Source: a virus | Direction: 5' to 3' (one strand) | Length of the DNA stretch: 64,000 nucleotides | IMG/VR virus record: IMGVR_UViG_3300044568_004391 | Coordinates: 1 to 64,000 of that record | In this document: positions 9,987-20,379 of the stretch, piece after piece | Layout: each line of letters opens with the position of its first letter | Position numbering within the stretch: the stretch's first letter is position 1 | Made by a program: the position numbers and the translations under genes | Notes under the pieces: generated by a model | Database searches by the model: none | Told to the model about the DNA's origin: nothing | Seen by the model: only the letters and a program-made list of their open reading frames with translations

Positions 9987-11194
9987 GCTACATTTTTAAC
10001 GATCAAATATCATATTCAGATTCAGTCAATTTGGATGCTTTTGGAAGACTTAGAGTCTCTGAATTGACAAGTTTAATTGAGATAAAATATGAACAGGATA
10101 AACTACCAAATCAAGTTGATGAGGTTGTTAATGGAAGTGCGACTTCTACCCTTGAAGCGGTAAACGCATGTGTAATAATGACTGTATCAACAACAGGCGA
10201 TTATGTCATTAGACAATCAAAAGAAAGAGGAATTTATCAACCTGGAAAAAGTCAGTTGTGTGAATTCAGTTTCTCGGATTTTGAATTGGATACCAATGTA
10301 ATTAAACGAGTTGGGTATTTTTCATCTTCAACTGCGGCAACATACGACTCACAATTTGATGGGTTTTTTCTTGAAAGTAATGGTATTAATAATGAAGTAT
10401 CATTTCAAATATGGAAGACAGGAACATTGATTTTGAGTGCGGCGACTGATACTTGGGATTCAAGTCAAGTAGATCCATCAACCATTGATTGGTCAAAAAC
10501 AAATTTGATGGTAGTAGATTTTCAGTGGTTGGGAGTAGGAAGAGTTAGATTTGGATTAAATTTGAGTGGAAATACTTATATCTTCAAAACAAACTCAGGA
10601 ACAAATAACCTTTCTGATGTTTATATGACATCACCTGATCAACCTATAAGATATGAAATTAGATCCTCTGGAGGAACTGGATCATTCCATCAAATATGTT
10701 CTACTATTAGTGATGAAGGAACAAGAAATACAATCAAAAGGACGGGATCATTATCTCAAATAAACACGGTCACCCTATCATCTTCGGGTACTAAATATCC
10801 TTTCATTGGGTTGAGAGCGTCTCCTATTTATGATCAAGTTACAATTCAGTTAACTAACTGCCAAGTACTCAACACATCAAATGATAACTTCTTAGTTACA
10901 GTTGAGATAAATCCAACCATTTCATCAGGTATGACATATTCAAGTGGAAATACTGCTGAATGGCAATACTCTTTAGGTAATGGTGCTCAGACTGTAACAT
11001 CGGATGGTGTGATTATTGCAGGATTCATCGGTGAAGCTGGAACTTCAGCAATAACTAATATAGAGTTAAATGAAAGTGAAATTAAACCTGGAAGAAAAAT
11101 TGATGGTACAGTAGACCAACTTTGGGTATGCATAACACCACTCGGGGCTGCCGCTACATTTATAGGTAGTACCAACTTTACATACGAAAAATAA
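9983..11194 (+). CDS. putative virion structural protein (DAFGRLRVS family)
   Basis: DAFGRLRVS and QWLGVGRVRFG motifs recalled from phage structural proteins; ATG at 9983 preferred. Confidence 0.55.
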   Translation: MSYIFNDQISYSDSVNLDAFGRLRVSELTSLIEIKYEQDKLPNQVDEVVNGSATSTLEAVNACVIMTVSTTGDYVIRQSKERGIYQPGKSQLCEFSFSDFELDTNVIKRVGYFSSSTAATYDSQFDGFFLESNGINNEVSFQIWKTGTLILSAATDTWDSSQVDPSTIDWSKTNLMVVDFQWLGVGRVRFGLNLSGNTYIFKTNSGTNNLSDVYMTSPDQPIRYEIRSSGGTGSFHQICSTISDEGTRNTIKRTGSLSQINTVTLSSSGTKYPFIGLRASPIYDQVTIQLTNCQVLNTSNDNFLVTVEINPTISSGMTYSSGNTAEWQYSLGNGAQTVTSDGVIIAGFIGEAGTSAITNIELNESEIKPGRKIDGTVDQLWVCITPLGAAATFIGSTNFTYEK

Positions 11195-12759
11195 TGGCAA
11201 CAAGTAGTTTATCCATATGTAATATTCAATTTGAAAAGTCATCCACGACTTTTAATGGGAAACCTACGTGGGTAAATACTGGTCAAAATTTAACAATAAA
11301 ATGGGATACTACCAATGATTGGTGGTATATAGAGGGTTGGTCTCCAGGTGAACAAATCTTGACAGGAAATACAATCGCACCTATTGGAGAGTGGATTCCT
11401 GTTGGACCGGCAGATTATTTTTATAGTTCTACGGGTGAAGCTTGTGCAGAATGTATTAGTTCATTTATTTGTTTGAGTGATGGAACCACACAATATGAAT
11501 TTGAGGTGACATCAGATATTGTCAATGGAAGAAACACTTGGACTTCAGGAAGTTATACCATACAATGGGATTCGATCAACGCATATTGGTTTGTTAATGG
11601 TTGGGATCAGGAGGGTCAGATAATAAATACAGTAAATATCGACAATCCATTGGGTGCATGGACACAAGTTGGATTGTCTGTACCCCAATCTTGGCTCGCA
11701 ACAAATGAGGCATGTCCTGAAGTTTCTTTTATATCTACAGTTAGTGTTAATAATGTGAGTTGTCAAGGATTCTGTAATGGTAATATTACGATTATACCTG
11801 AGGGAGGACAAAGTCCTTATTTATATTCAATAGACAACGGTATAACATTCCAAAATTCAAATATTTTTAATGGATTATGTGAAGGGACAGGTGAAATAAT
11901 TGTTAGGGATTCTAACGGAGTGGAAATTACTGTACCTTTTGTTTTATTGTACGATTCGGAGGTTTCAAGTTACACACTCAATTTAGTTGAATTTTCAATT
12001 TTATTGATTAATCAAAATAATTATAAGAAAAAACAATACAATTATAATATTGTTGTATCACCTTCTTTACCTTTTGGATCTTCCTTAACATTCAATATCA
12101 AGGGAAAGAATGTAGATACACTCAAAGAACCGGGATCTGCAAATTTCCAACATACATGGACAAAAATAGTGAATGGTGTAACTTCTGTAATACCTGAAAC
12201 AAGTTCACAATCCACATCAAAAACGAGAACTTGTGCTTCTGGACTTCAGAACGAAACAACTACAACTTACAATTATTCACAAAATTTATTAAGTTTAAAT
12301 TCTACAACACCATTTATTCAAGTAATTTGTGTTACAGATATTCAAATAGTGACCAATTCTTCAGATTCTTCTTGTCCAACTTATGCTGAAACAAAAACAA
12401 GTTTACAAGTTTCGAATGTAAAATTAAATAATGTACCTTGTTCAACAATCGTTGTACCACTTACTACGACTAACGAAGATATAATTTATTTACAAGGTAG
12501 TACTTTGTTGACCAATACTGCATTTTCAGTAATGTATTTAAACACACCCGAAGTTGACGGATATTGTGGTGATGCGTATCCTTCATATTCAAACATTATA
12601 TATACAGAACCAAATGTAACAACCTTGAATTCAGGAGTCGTTGTGTATAGTGATTCATCACTTAATAATTACGTACCTTTTGGAACTTACTTCCAACTAA
12701 ATGGTATAGTATATCAAGTTTTTCAAAATGGTTTCCTAACTGTTTATTGTAGTCAATAA
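11194..12759 (+). CDS. putative virion protein with duplicated Trp-rich module and SprB-like repeat
   Basis: Two NG..TW...TI.WD...W...GW...P.G.W modules; VSCQGFCNGNITI..EGGQSPYLYSIDNG. Confidence 0.55.
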   Translation: MATSSLSICNIQFEKSSTTFNGKPTWVNTGQNLTIKWDTTNDWWYIEGWSPGEQILTGNTIAPIGEWIPVGPADYFYSSTGEACAECISSFICLSDGTTQYEFEVTSDIVNGRNTWTSGSYTIQWDSINAYWFVNGWDQEGQIINTVNIDNPLGAWTQVGLSVPQSWLATNEACPEVSFISTVSVNNVSCQGFCNGNITIIPEGGQSPYLYSIDNGITFQNSNIFNGLCEGTGEIIVRDSNGVEITVPFVLLYDSEVSSYTLNLVEFSILLINQNNYKKKQYNYNIVVSPSLPFGSSLTFNIKGKNVDTLKEPGSANFQHTWTKIVNGVTSVIPETSSQSTSKTRTCASGLQNETTTTYNYSQNLLSLNSTTPFIQVICVTDIQIVTNSSDSSCPTYAETKTSLQVSNVKLNNVPCSTIVVPLTTTNEDIIYLQGSTLLTNTAFSVMYLNTPEVDGYCGDAYPSYSNIIYTEPNVTTLNSGVVVYSDSSLNNYVPFGTYFQLNGIVYQVFQNGFLTVYCSQ

Positions 12760-12796
12760 AAAGAGTGAATAATGAAAAATATTGTATTTATAGAAA

Positions 12797-14965
12797 ATGT
12801 CATATATAGTTAAAAATACAGGAGCAATTATTAATACACGTCTCACTGACGCGGGAAGAAGAAAATTATCTCAAGGTAATTTCAATATCTCTTATTTTCA
12901 AATTGGTGATTCCGAAGTTTGTTATAATTGTACGACCAGTTTGGATGAGTCAACACTTAATATCCTCACACCTCAATATAACGCACAAAATGATTCAGGT
13001 CTCCCTCAGAGTAATAAGGGTCACATAAAATATCCATTTTATCTTGATCCCACCTCAGGTACTACATGGGGAATACCTTTTGAAAATTCAGGAATTGATG
13101 ATTTTTTCAATCAGACGATTTCGAGAGGTCCATTTACAGGAAGTAGTTTCCAAACCTCCACTGCGTACACCACCAACTCTAATTACTCATTTTCTTTTTC
13201 AGGATTATCAGGATCAACAAATTTAGAAATTATATACAATGTTATTTGTGATTCTGATGAACTTCCCCAAGTAGGACAAATCTTAGCACTATTTTATGAC
13301 CCCAATGGTGGATCTGGTTGTGGATCTATAACTGGATCATATATGACAGAATTTTACACAATTACAGGTACTGGTACTACAAGTTTCTTTGTCGATAGAC
13401 CACTTCCAAATTATACCTTGTCGGGAATAAGTGGTGATGCAAAAATCTTTATATACCCGTCCGGGTATACTCCTTATTATGATTCTGTAACACCTGAATC
13501 ATATTGGCCTGATGAAGCATTTGCTTTTGATTTAAATTGTACGATCAGAGATGAAAGACCACTAGTTTGGAATCTTAATATTCCCTGGTCAGAGGATCCT
13601 GCGGGATTGTGGAGTTCTACTTTTGTTGGATACAACAATTTTGCAAGTAGAACTTATCTCGGAACAAAAGAATACTTGGGATATCAAACAAATTCAGCAC
13701 AAAGTGATACGGATTCAACATATTACTTTAATAGTTTTTCTGAAAAGATAATCCTTTCACCGAGTGATCAAAAAGCTATTGGTATTATTCATTATACAAA
13801 CAATGAAATCAATAACAACTATGGTGAGAAATTCGCAACTGAGCCATTCGACCCATCTGATTCGGGAGCGACAGGCCAAGCAAGAAATTTGAAAATCAAA
13901 ATGCCACTTCTTATGTGGCACAAAAATCCAAACAAAACCATTGGTGAAACATTCTATATTGACCCACCCGGTTTTGATGACTTGGATCTTTTGACGCCAT
14001 ACTATATCCGTTCAAATGTGAACAACAATATGAACGATCCAGGATTGAGGTACTATCACCTTTGGGATACACACGAAAATTCTACAGGTTATCCAAATAG
14101 AATTGGAAAAGTATGGCCCGACCTTAAGATTGTCACCATTGACGATGAGGAAATTTTGGCATCTATGTCTTGGATCTCAAAGAGAACTTGGACATTACCC
14201 GCCCCAAGATTATCTCTCACCGCACCAAACCTATGTAATGTTGATGCAGGTGATGATGTTGGTATTATGACAGGAACAGGTCAGACGATGTGGGTTACTT
14301 ATATCTTTGACAATGATTTTGGAACGGCGGGAATGAACTGTAACTATTTTACATCCGTTCAAGGAACCGATCCGAGTTGTCCGCCTGATACTGCGAATGT
14401 CGGAGTTAGATTCGGGGATGAATTCCCATTCTTAAATACCGATTTTGTCACCACCCCGTCGGGATTCTGTGCTAATGAATTCTATATCTTGGCTCAACTT
14501 GTCAATACGGGTGAAAGACCTGTTGCGGATGCGTGGAAACAGATTGACTTCACGGGTGATATTAGTTTGGTTAACGGATTGATTCCTGTAAGTGGAATTA
14601 CCGGTCAAACATTCTTTATTACTCAGGGTAATTACGATGCGGGAACCACATTCAATTTGAATAATTTTATTCCTTTGATTCAAAGTGGAACCACAAGACC
14701 TTATATCAACTTTGGTGATGAATACATTTTCTTCGGAAATGTGGAAACTGATATCCAAGCAACGGTATATGAGATGAGATATTATGTAAATCTACCTTAT
14801 AATCAATTTACTGTATCGACGAATCCCACGTTAAATGGTGATGATATTTACGTTACCGAAATTGGACTTTACGATTCTGACTATGATCTTATGTTTATTT
14901 CGAAGCTTGAATCTCCGCAATTAAGACAAGGGGTTCAACAATTCTTAATAAAGTACGATTTTTAA
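12797..14965 (+). CDS. tail/baseplate structural protein (tail-collar-fibre-like termini)
   Basis: N-terminal LTDAGRRKL..G and C-terminal VTEIGLYD.. Confidence 0.55.
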   Translation: MSYIVKNTGAIINTRLTDAGRRKLSQGNFNISYFQIGDSEVCYNCTTSLDESTLNILTPQYNAQNDSGLPQSNKGHIKYPFYLDPTSGTTWGIPFENSGIDDFFNQTISRGPFTGSSFQTSTAYTTNSNYSFSFSGLSGSTNLEIIYNVICDSDELPQVGQILALFYDPNGGSGCGSITGSYMTEFYTITGTGTTSFFVDRPLPNYTLSGISGDAKIFIYPSGYTPYYDSVTPESYWPDEAFAFDLNCTIRDERPLVWNLNIPWSEDPAGLWSSTFVGYNNFASRTYLGTKEYLGYQTNSAQSDTDSTYYFNSFSEKIILSPSDQKAIGIIHYTNNEINNNYGEKFATEPFDPSDSGATGQARNLKIKMPLLMWHKNPNKTIGETFYIDPPGFDDLDLLTPYYIRSNVNNNMNDPGLRYYHLWDTHENSTGYPNRIGKVWPDLKIVTIDDEEILASMSWISKRTWTLPAPRLSLTAPNLCNVDAGDDVGIMTGTGQTMWVTYIFDNDFGTAGMNCNYFTSVQGTDPSCPPDTANVGVRFGDEFPFLNTDFVTTPSGFCANEFYILAQLVNTGERPVADAWKQIDFTGDISLVNGLIPVSGITGQTFFITQGNYDAGTTFNLNNFIPLIQSGTTRPYINFGDEYIFFGNVETDIQATVYEMRYYVNLPYNQFTVSTNPTLNGDDIYVTEIGLYDSDYDLMFISKLESPQLRQGVQQFLIKYDF

Positions 14966-14972
14966 AATATTT

Positions 14973-15572
14973 ATGTCAAATCAATTAAAAAACAGCCCAA
15001 AGGTGCTTGGCCTTGATATATCAACGAAAACTATTGGATGGGCTCTCTTTGATATTCAACAGAAAAATTTATTGGAGTTAACTCATTTTACACCCCTCCT
15101 TAAACCAGAACCTGAAAATAAAATTGAAGCTCTTATTCATAAGACCCTTCTTTTTGAACAAAAGTTGGTCGGGTATAAGAATTTGGGTATTACCAAAGTG
15201 GTAATTGAAGAACCTCTTCTCAACTCCAACAACACTTATACTGTAGGAACTTTGTTGAGATATAATTCTATGATCACCAAATCTATATTTGATATTTTGG
15301 GATTGGTTCCTGAATATATCTCTACGTATGATTCAAGAAAATTTGCTTTTCCTGAATTGGTTAGAGAAAACGACAAAGGTAAAAAAGTATTGTTTGGAGG
15401 TTACCCAAAAGATATTGACAAGAAGATGTTAATTTGGGAACACGTTGCAAAACAAGAACCTCAAATCAAGTGGTTGTATACAAAAAACAACACTCTTAAG
15501 AAAGAAAACTTTGACCAAGCCGATGCGTATACTTGTGCTCTTGGTTATATGAGAAAAGAAAATATCTGGTAA
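14973..15572 (+). CDS. RuvC-like Holliday junction resolvase
   Basis: VLGLDIS, VVIEE and DQADA acidic catalytic motifs. Confidence 0.75.
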   Translation: MSNQLKNSPKVLGLDISTKTIGWALFDIQQKNLLELTHFTPLLKPEPENKIEALIHKTLLFEQKLVGYKNLGITKVVIEEPLLNSNNTYTVGTLLRYNSMITKSIFDILGLVPEYISTYDSRKFAFPELVRENDKGKKVLFGGYPKDIDKKMLIWEHVAKQEPQIKWLYTKNNTLKKENFDQADAYTCALGYMRKENIW

Positions 15573-15612
15573 ATTTTGATTTATTGAGTTTGGTTGATTA
15601 TATTTTTGTGTG

Positions 15613-16545
15613 ATGAACCCAGAATATGATTACCTTATCGATCTCCTAAATGGTATGTTGGGAAAGTCCCGTAAACACAACGAGGGTACGGGTCAGATTT
15701 CTTATGACTGTCCTGTGTGCTCGTATGACATCAAAGGACTTGAGCGTGGGGATGGGAAGGGAAACTTGGAGGTAAACTATTATAGAAATCTGTATCACTG
15801 CTGGTCTTGTGGGGAAACCAATGACACTCACGGTCACTTGGAACAACTTATAAAGACCTACGGGACCAAAGAAGATCTCAGGACTTATAACCTTTTAAGA
15901 TCAGACAAGAAAGAGATTGTTCAAAAAACCTACAGAAAACCGAAGTTACCCAAAGAGTTCGTTAAGTTCTCCGATCTTCACGACAGGCTCCCTATCAAAC
16001 GGCAATCCTTGAAATATCTGAAAGAGAGGGGTGTTACAGACCAAATGATCAAAGAGTTTAATCTTGGGGTGGCAACAGGTGGATCTTATGTTAATAGGAT
16101 TATAATCCCCTCCTATGACGAAAACAAGGAACTCAATTACTTTGTTGCAAGATCTTTTGTGGGTGATAAACTAAAATACAAAAACCCAACCTATCCAAAG
16201 GAAGAGATTATCTTCAATGAATCCAAAATCAATTGGTTCAATCCGATTTGGATTGTGGAAGGTCCGTTTGATTCTTTGTTTATTCCAAACTCCATTCCTA
16301 TTCTTGGAAAGGTGTTATCGGATAAACTATGGAATCTTTTATATAACAAAGCCACCAGTGTTGTCATCTGTTTGGATGAGGATGCGTGGGAGAATTCCAA
16401 AATGATGTATAATGTGTTAAATGGTGGAAAGCTTGAAGGGAAGGTAAGAATTGTTCACCTTCCAAAGAACAAAGATCTGGCTGATATTCGGGGACAAGTT
16501 CCTGAAGAATGTTGGGTGGATCCTGATAAATTATGGAAAAATTAA
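15613..16545 (+). CDS. DNA primase (Zn finger + TOPRIM)
   Basis: CPVC...HCWSC, YL.ERG, RIIIP, IVEGPFD, LDED. Confidence 0.85.
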   Translation: MNPEYDYLIDLLNGMLGKSRKHNEGTGQISYDCPVCSYDIKGLERGDGKGNLEVNYYRNLYHCWSCGETNDTHGHLEQLIKTYGTKEDLRTYNLLRSDKKEIVQKTYRKPKLPKEFVKFSDLHDRLPIKRQSLKYLKERGVTDQMIKEFNLGVATGGSYVNRIIIPSYDENKELNYFVARSFVGDKLKYKNPTYPKEEIIFNESKINWFNPIWIVEGPFDSLFIPNSIPILGKVLSDKLWNLLYNKATSVVICLDEDAWENSKMMYNVLNGGKLEGKVRIVHLPKNKDLADIRGQVPEECWVDPDKLWKN

Positions 16546-16548
16546 ATT

Positions 16549-17316
16549 ATGGATACAATATTAGAATTATCAAAGTTTAACTATATAAAATATTATGATG
16601 AACCTCACGAATATTTTATTGATGGAGTAAAACAAATTTCGGCGACACAATTTCTTGGTAAGTTCAAACCGAAGTTTGAAACCAATCAGATGGCCGAAGG
16701 GTATGCTAGACGGAGGGGGTTGGATAAAGAAAGTGTGATACGGGATTGGGATTTCAAACGAGAATTTTCAACGGTAAAGGGATCCGCATTTCACGAATAT
16801 GTTGAAAATTGGTATGGAAATAAGGTATTCCCTTATAACCAACGGATTGCCGAACAAAAGTTTGGGATTGATGTTGTCAGGGAAGCGTATGATAAATTGA
16901 TTGAGTTGTTTGAAAAATTCTATGAAGATTCCAAAGACAACTTAATTCCGGTAAAGTCCGAACTTGTGGTGGGAGATAGGGAATATGGAATTTGTGGTAT
17001 GGTTGACCAGTTGTTTTATAACAAAAAATATAACGAACTTCAGATTTGGGACTGGAAGACAAACAAGAAGATTGGAACCAAGAATGATTATGGTGAAAAG
17101 TTTTTGGAACCTTTAAACAATATGGATGTTTGTGAATTGAATACCTATAGCCTTCAATTAAATTTATATAAACATATTATTGAAAAGAACACAAACCTTA
17201 AGATTGGAAAACTTTATATCTGTTGGTTCCACGAAACAAACAAAAAGTATGAAGTAATTGAATGTAAGGATTTTTCAGAGGAAATAAACCAACTTGTAAA
17301 GTTAAACAAAATATGA
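16549..17316 (+). CDS. PD-(D/E)XK exonuclease (RecB/Cas4-like)
   Basis: GSAFH, SELVV, GMVDQL, IWDWKT, YSLQLNLY. Confidence 0.8.
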   Translation: MDTILELSKFNYIKYYDEPHEYFIDGVKQISATQFLGKFKPKFETNQMAEGYARRRGLDKESVIRDWDFKREFSTVKGSAFHEYVENWYGNKVFPYNQRIAEQKFGIDVVREAYDKLIELFEKFYEDSKDNLIPVKSELVVGDREYGICGMVDQLFYNKKYNELQIWDWKTNKKIGTKNDYGEKFLEPLNNMDVCELNTYSLQLNLYKHIIEKNTNLKIGKLYICWFHETNKKYEVIECKDFSEEINQLVKLNKI

Positions 17317-18218
17317 GATTATCAAATCACGTGGGTTCTACACCATTAATTCAACTTGGTGAGAAACTATTTGCAAAAGCTGAACTTATGAATCCGACGG
17401 GTTCAATTAAAGATCGCCCTGCGGCGTTCATCCTAAATCATGCCGAGAAATTGGACCTGATCGAACCCGGAGACACCATCATTGAGGCTTCTTCAGGAAA
17501 TATGGGAATATCTTTTGCTTGGCTCGCAGCTGAAAGAGGGTATCAATGTAAAATTGTGATGCCGTCCAATATGAGTGAAGAACGGAAAAAGACATTAAGA
17601 TATTATGGTGCTGAGGTTATTGAGGTGGGACCGGGTGATTTTGATGGGGCGATAAAACTCAGAGATGAACTTTCCGAAAAAAACGGATGGTTCAATCCGC
17701 AACAATTTAGTAATCAACTCAACATAAATTGTCATTACGAAAAGACCGGTCCCGAAATCATTTATCAAACACGAACTGACTTCAATTATAGATATCCATC
17801 CATCTCAGCATTTATTTCGGGAACTGGAACCGGTGGAACAATAATGGGTGTTGGAAAAAAATTAAGAGAATATATTTCCGATTTAAAATTAATTGCTGTT
17901 GAACCGGCAGAATCTGCGGTTATGAGTGGGGGTGAACCCGGACTTCACGGGATACAAGGGATCGGAGATGGAAGCAAATTTTTGGTTGATATGGATCAAA
18001 TTGATGAGGTGTTGATTGTTTCCACAAAGGATGCCAAAGAAAAAGCGATTCAAATTGCCAAAGAACATGGATTGTTTGTTGGGATCTCAGCGGCGGCAAA
18101 TGTTCTTGCATCAGAAAGATGGATCGAGAAAAATAATCCTGATTATCCTGTCATTACCATTTTGTGTGATAGAGGTGATAGATATTACAGCAGTCTTGAT
18201 GAATTGGATTTAATTTAA
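17313..18218 (+). CDS. cysK: cysteine synthase (PLP-dependent, CysK/CysM family)
   Basis: KAELMNPTGSIKDR, EASSGN, GTGTGGT, HGIQGIG, DRGDRYYS. Confidence 0.9.
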   Translation: MRLSNHVGSTPLIQLGEKLFAKAELMNPTGSIKDRPAAFILNHAEKLDLIEPGDTIIEASSGNMGISFAWLAAERGYQCKIVMPSNMSEERKKTLRYYGAEVIEVGPGDFDGAIKLRDELSEKNGWFNPQQFSNQLNINCHYEKTGPEIIYQTRTDFNYRYPSISAFISGTGTGGTIMGVGKKLREYISDLKLIAVEPAESAVMSGGEPGLHGIQGIGDGSKFLVDMDQIDEVLIVSTKDAKEKAIQIAKEHGLFVGISAAANVLASERWIEKNNPDYPVITILCDRGDRYYSSLDELDLI

Positions 18219-18229
18219 TATAATTGGAT

Positions 18230-19012
18230 ATGATTAATAAAATTATACATTTCTCGGATTTACATATCCGTCTATATAGGGATCACGATCTTTACCGGTC
18301 CATATTGGAAAGGAGTTTGGAGGAATGGAAAGAACATAAACCCGATCGTATTGTGTTCACAGGAGATTTGGTTCATTCCAAAAATCAGATGACACCCGAA
18401 CTGGTAAGTTTTGTTAGTTGGTTTTTGACAGAATGCTCAAAGATCACCAAGACAATTCTTCTAATCGGAAACCACGACTTCTTGGAAAACAACACTGACC
18501 GTATGGACGCTCTTTCACCGATCATTCAAAACCTACAGAATGACAATATTGTATATTACACTGAGAGGGGGGTTTATAACGATGAAAACATAAATTGGTG
18601 TGTTTATTCTTTGAAAGAACATAACCTTCCACCGATTATTGAACGAGAAAAAAACAAAGTTAATATCGGTCTATTTCATGGACCGATTCAAGGTCTGACC
18701 ACAGATCTTGGACATAAATTTGATGAGGGATTTGAACCTTCGAAGTTTGGTGGGTGTGACTTGGTGATGTGTGGTGATATTCATAAGAGACAGGTTTTTG
18801 ATATTCCAAACGGGAAGAAAGCATATATGGTGGGATCAACCATACAACAGAACTTTGGGGAAAATATCAACAATCACGGATATGGAGTATATGATGTTAA
18901 CGAAGATAAATACGAATTTTTTGAAGTTGAAAATCCAAGATTGTATTTGAACTTCAAAATCACATCAATCGAAGATATTGAACATGGGAGAGAAGAACTT
19001 GTTAACTGTTAA
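18230..19012 (+). CDS. sbcD: SbcD/Mre11-like metallophosphoesterase nuclease subunit
   Basis: SDLH, GDLVH, GNHD, GDIHKRQ. Confidence 0.85.
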   Translation: MINKIIHFSDLHIRLYRDHDLYRSILERSLEEWKEHKPDRIVFTGDLVHSKNQMTPELVSFVSWFLTECSKITKTILLIGNHDFLENNTDRMDALSPIIQNLQNDNIVYYTERGVYNDENINWCVYSLKEHNLPPIIEREKNKVNIGLFHGPIQGLTTDLGHKFDEGFEPSKFGGCDLVMCGDIHKRQVFDIPNGKKAYMVGSTIQQNFGENINNHGYGVYDVNEDKYEFFEVENPRLYLNFKITSIEDIEHGREELVNC

Positions 19013-19559
19013 TCTCAAGGAAAGTCAGAAGACAGACCTGATCAAATTTTGTAATCTGAATCAACTTGATATAGAAGAATTTATAACCTTCTGTTTTAAG
19101 AAGGGATATTATATTGAAAAATACGGAAGTTTAAATGAAAATGAAAATGAGGCATACTTAAACAAGAGAATTGAAGATTTGATGGTGGAACTTCAAAAAG
19201 AAAAATCAAAACCACCAAGGATTGAATACATCGAAGTTGAAAAAGTGGTAGAGAAAGAGGTTAAAGTTATTGACGACGATGAATTAAGTGAACTCAATAC
19301 CAAATTAAAAGATTTGGAGAAAGAAAATGAAGATTTGAAAAATAAACTTCAAAGTCATCAAGAAGATTTGGATCATAATGTGAAGTTAAACTCACAAGAA
19401 CTCAAAAATCTTCAAGATAAAGTTAACAATCTCAAAAGAGAACTCGTCATCAAAGACAGAGAACTTGAGAGATTAAATGAAAAAATAAACGACCTCGAAG
19501 ATCTTGCTCGGACAAAAGTTAAGTTCTTAAGGTCATCAAACTTAAACGAAGATTTATAA
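18978..19559 (+). CDS. coiled-coil hypothetical protein
   Basis: E/K/L-rich heptads; operonic position. Confidence 0.55.
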   Translation: MNMGEKNLLTVNLKESQKTDLIKFCNLNQLDIEEFITFCFKKGYYIEKYGSLNENENEAYLNKRIEDLMVELQKEKSKPPRIEYIEVEKVVEKEVKVIDDDELSELNTKLKDLEKENEDLKNKLQSHQEDLDHNVKLNSQELKNLQDKVNNLKRELVIKDRELERLNEKINDLEDLARTKVKFLRSSNLNEDL

Positions 19560-19891
19560 TGGAAATTTTAGTGTTGTTTTTTGTTGCGGCTTACGGGATG
19601 TCAAATATCTTGGTTTTTGGATCAATCTTTGATGGGATGAGGAGATTCATTTCAGATATGGGAGCACTACCTTATGTGGGTTTTTTATTTCAGTTTATTT
19701 CGGATTTGTTGGGGTGTATGATGTGTACTTCCACTTGGGTTGGATTCTTCTTTGGTTTATTTGTTATGTCACCATTTTTAATTTTGGTGGGTGTGGATCC
19801 AACATATTCATGGTTCTTTGATGGTATGTTAGCATCAGGTGCAGTATGGGCGATTAATTCAATCGTAGAATGGTTTGAGGAAAATAGATAA
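19559..19891 (+). CDS. membrane protein (DUF1360-like CxxCxxxW)
   Basis: Hydrophobic segments, LLGCMMCTSTW. Confidence 0.55.
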   Translation: MEILVLFFVAAYGMSNILVFGSIFDGMRRFISDMGALPYVGFLFQFISDLLGCMMCTSTWVGFFFGLFVMSPFLILVGVDPTYSWFFDGMLASGAVWAINSIVEWFEENR

Positions 19892-19911
19892 AACTTTTTA
19901 AATTAAAAAAA

Positions 19912-20130
19912 ATGCCAAAATCAAGAAAAAGGGGTGGTGAAAAAGCACACCGAGCAAGAGTTCAGACAAGAAACTCAAAATTACAAAACGCTCAAAATAA
20001 ATTCAATCAACTTCTCCGAGAGAATATGATGAAACAAATGGAGGAGATGAAACAAGAAAAACTTGAGGAACCACAAACCGAAACTTTTAGTTTGGGTGAA
20101 TTGAAACAAACAGAGCAGGATATTTATTGA
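19912..20130 (+). CDS. small protein with basic N-terminus
   Basis: MPKSRKRGG start after an A-rich leader. Confidence 0.6.
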   Translation: MPKSRKRGGEKAHRARVQTRNSKLQNAQNKFNQLLRENMMKQMEEMKQEKLEEPQTETFSLGELKQTEQDIY

Positions 20131-20142
20131 AAAATAAATTGA

Positions 20143-20376
20143 ATGTTTGAAAATAGATTATATTATATTTTAGATGTTTCTGAAGATAGTAAAATAGATT
20201 TTGATGAAATTTTACAGAAGGATTTAGACTCTTTGAGAAAAAGTCCTGATGGGAGTAGGTGTCTGATTAAAATAGAAGGTTCACCAAAGGGTTTTTTGAG
20301 TACAATCAACTCTTTGAGTGGACCTTTTACGCATTCTCAAATCAGAAATAAACTTAAAAATAAAAATTGGGATTAA
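20143..20376 (+). CDS. hypothetical protein
   Basis: ORF downstream of a TATTTAT motif. Confidence 0.55.
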   Translation: MFENRLYYILDVSEDSKIDFDEILQKDLDSLRKSPDGSRCLIKIEGSPKGFLSTINSLSGPFTHSQIRNKLKNKNWD

Positions 20377-20379
20377 CTC

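Noticed and set aside
16549-17316. Cas4 as evidence of a CRISPR system
   Set aside because: Lacks the Cas4 Fe-S cysteine set and sits in a replication operon
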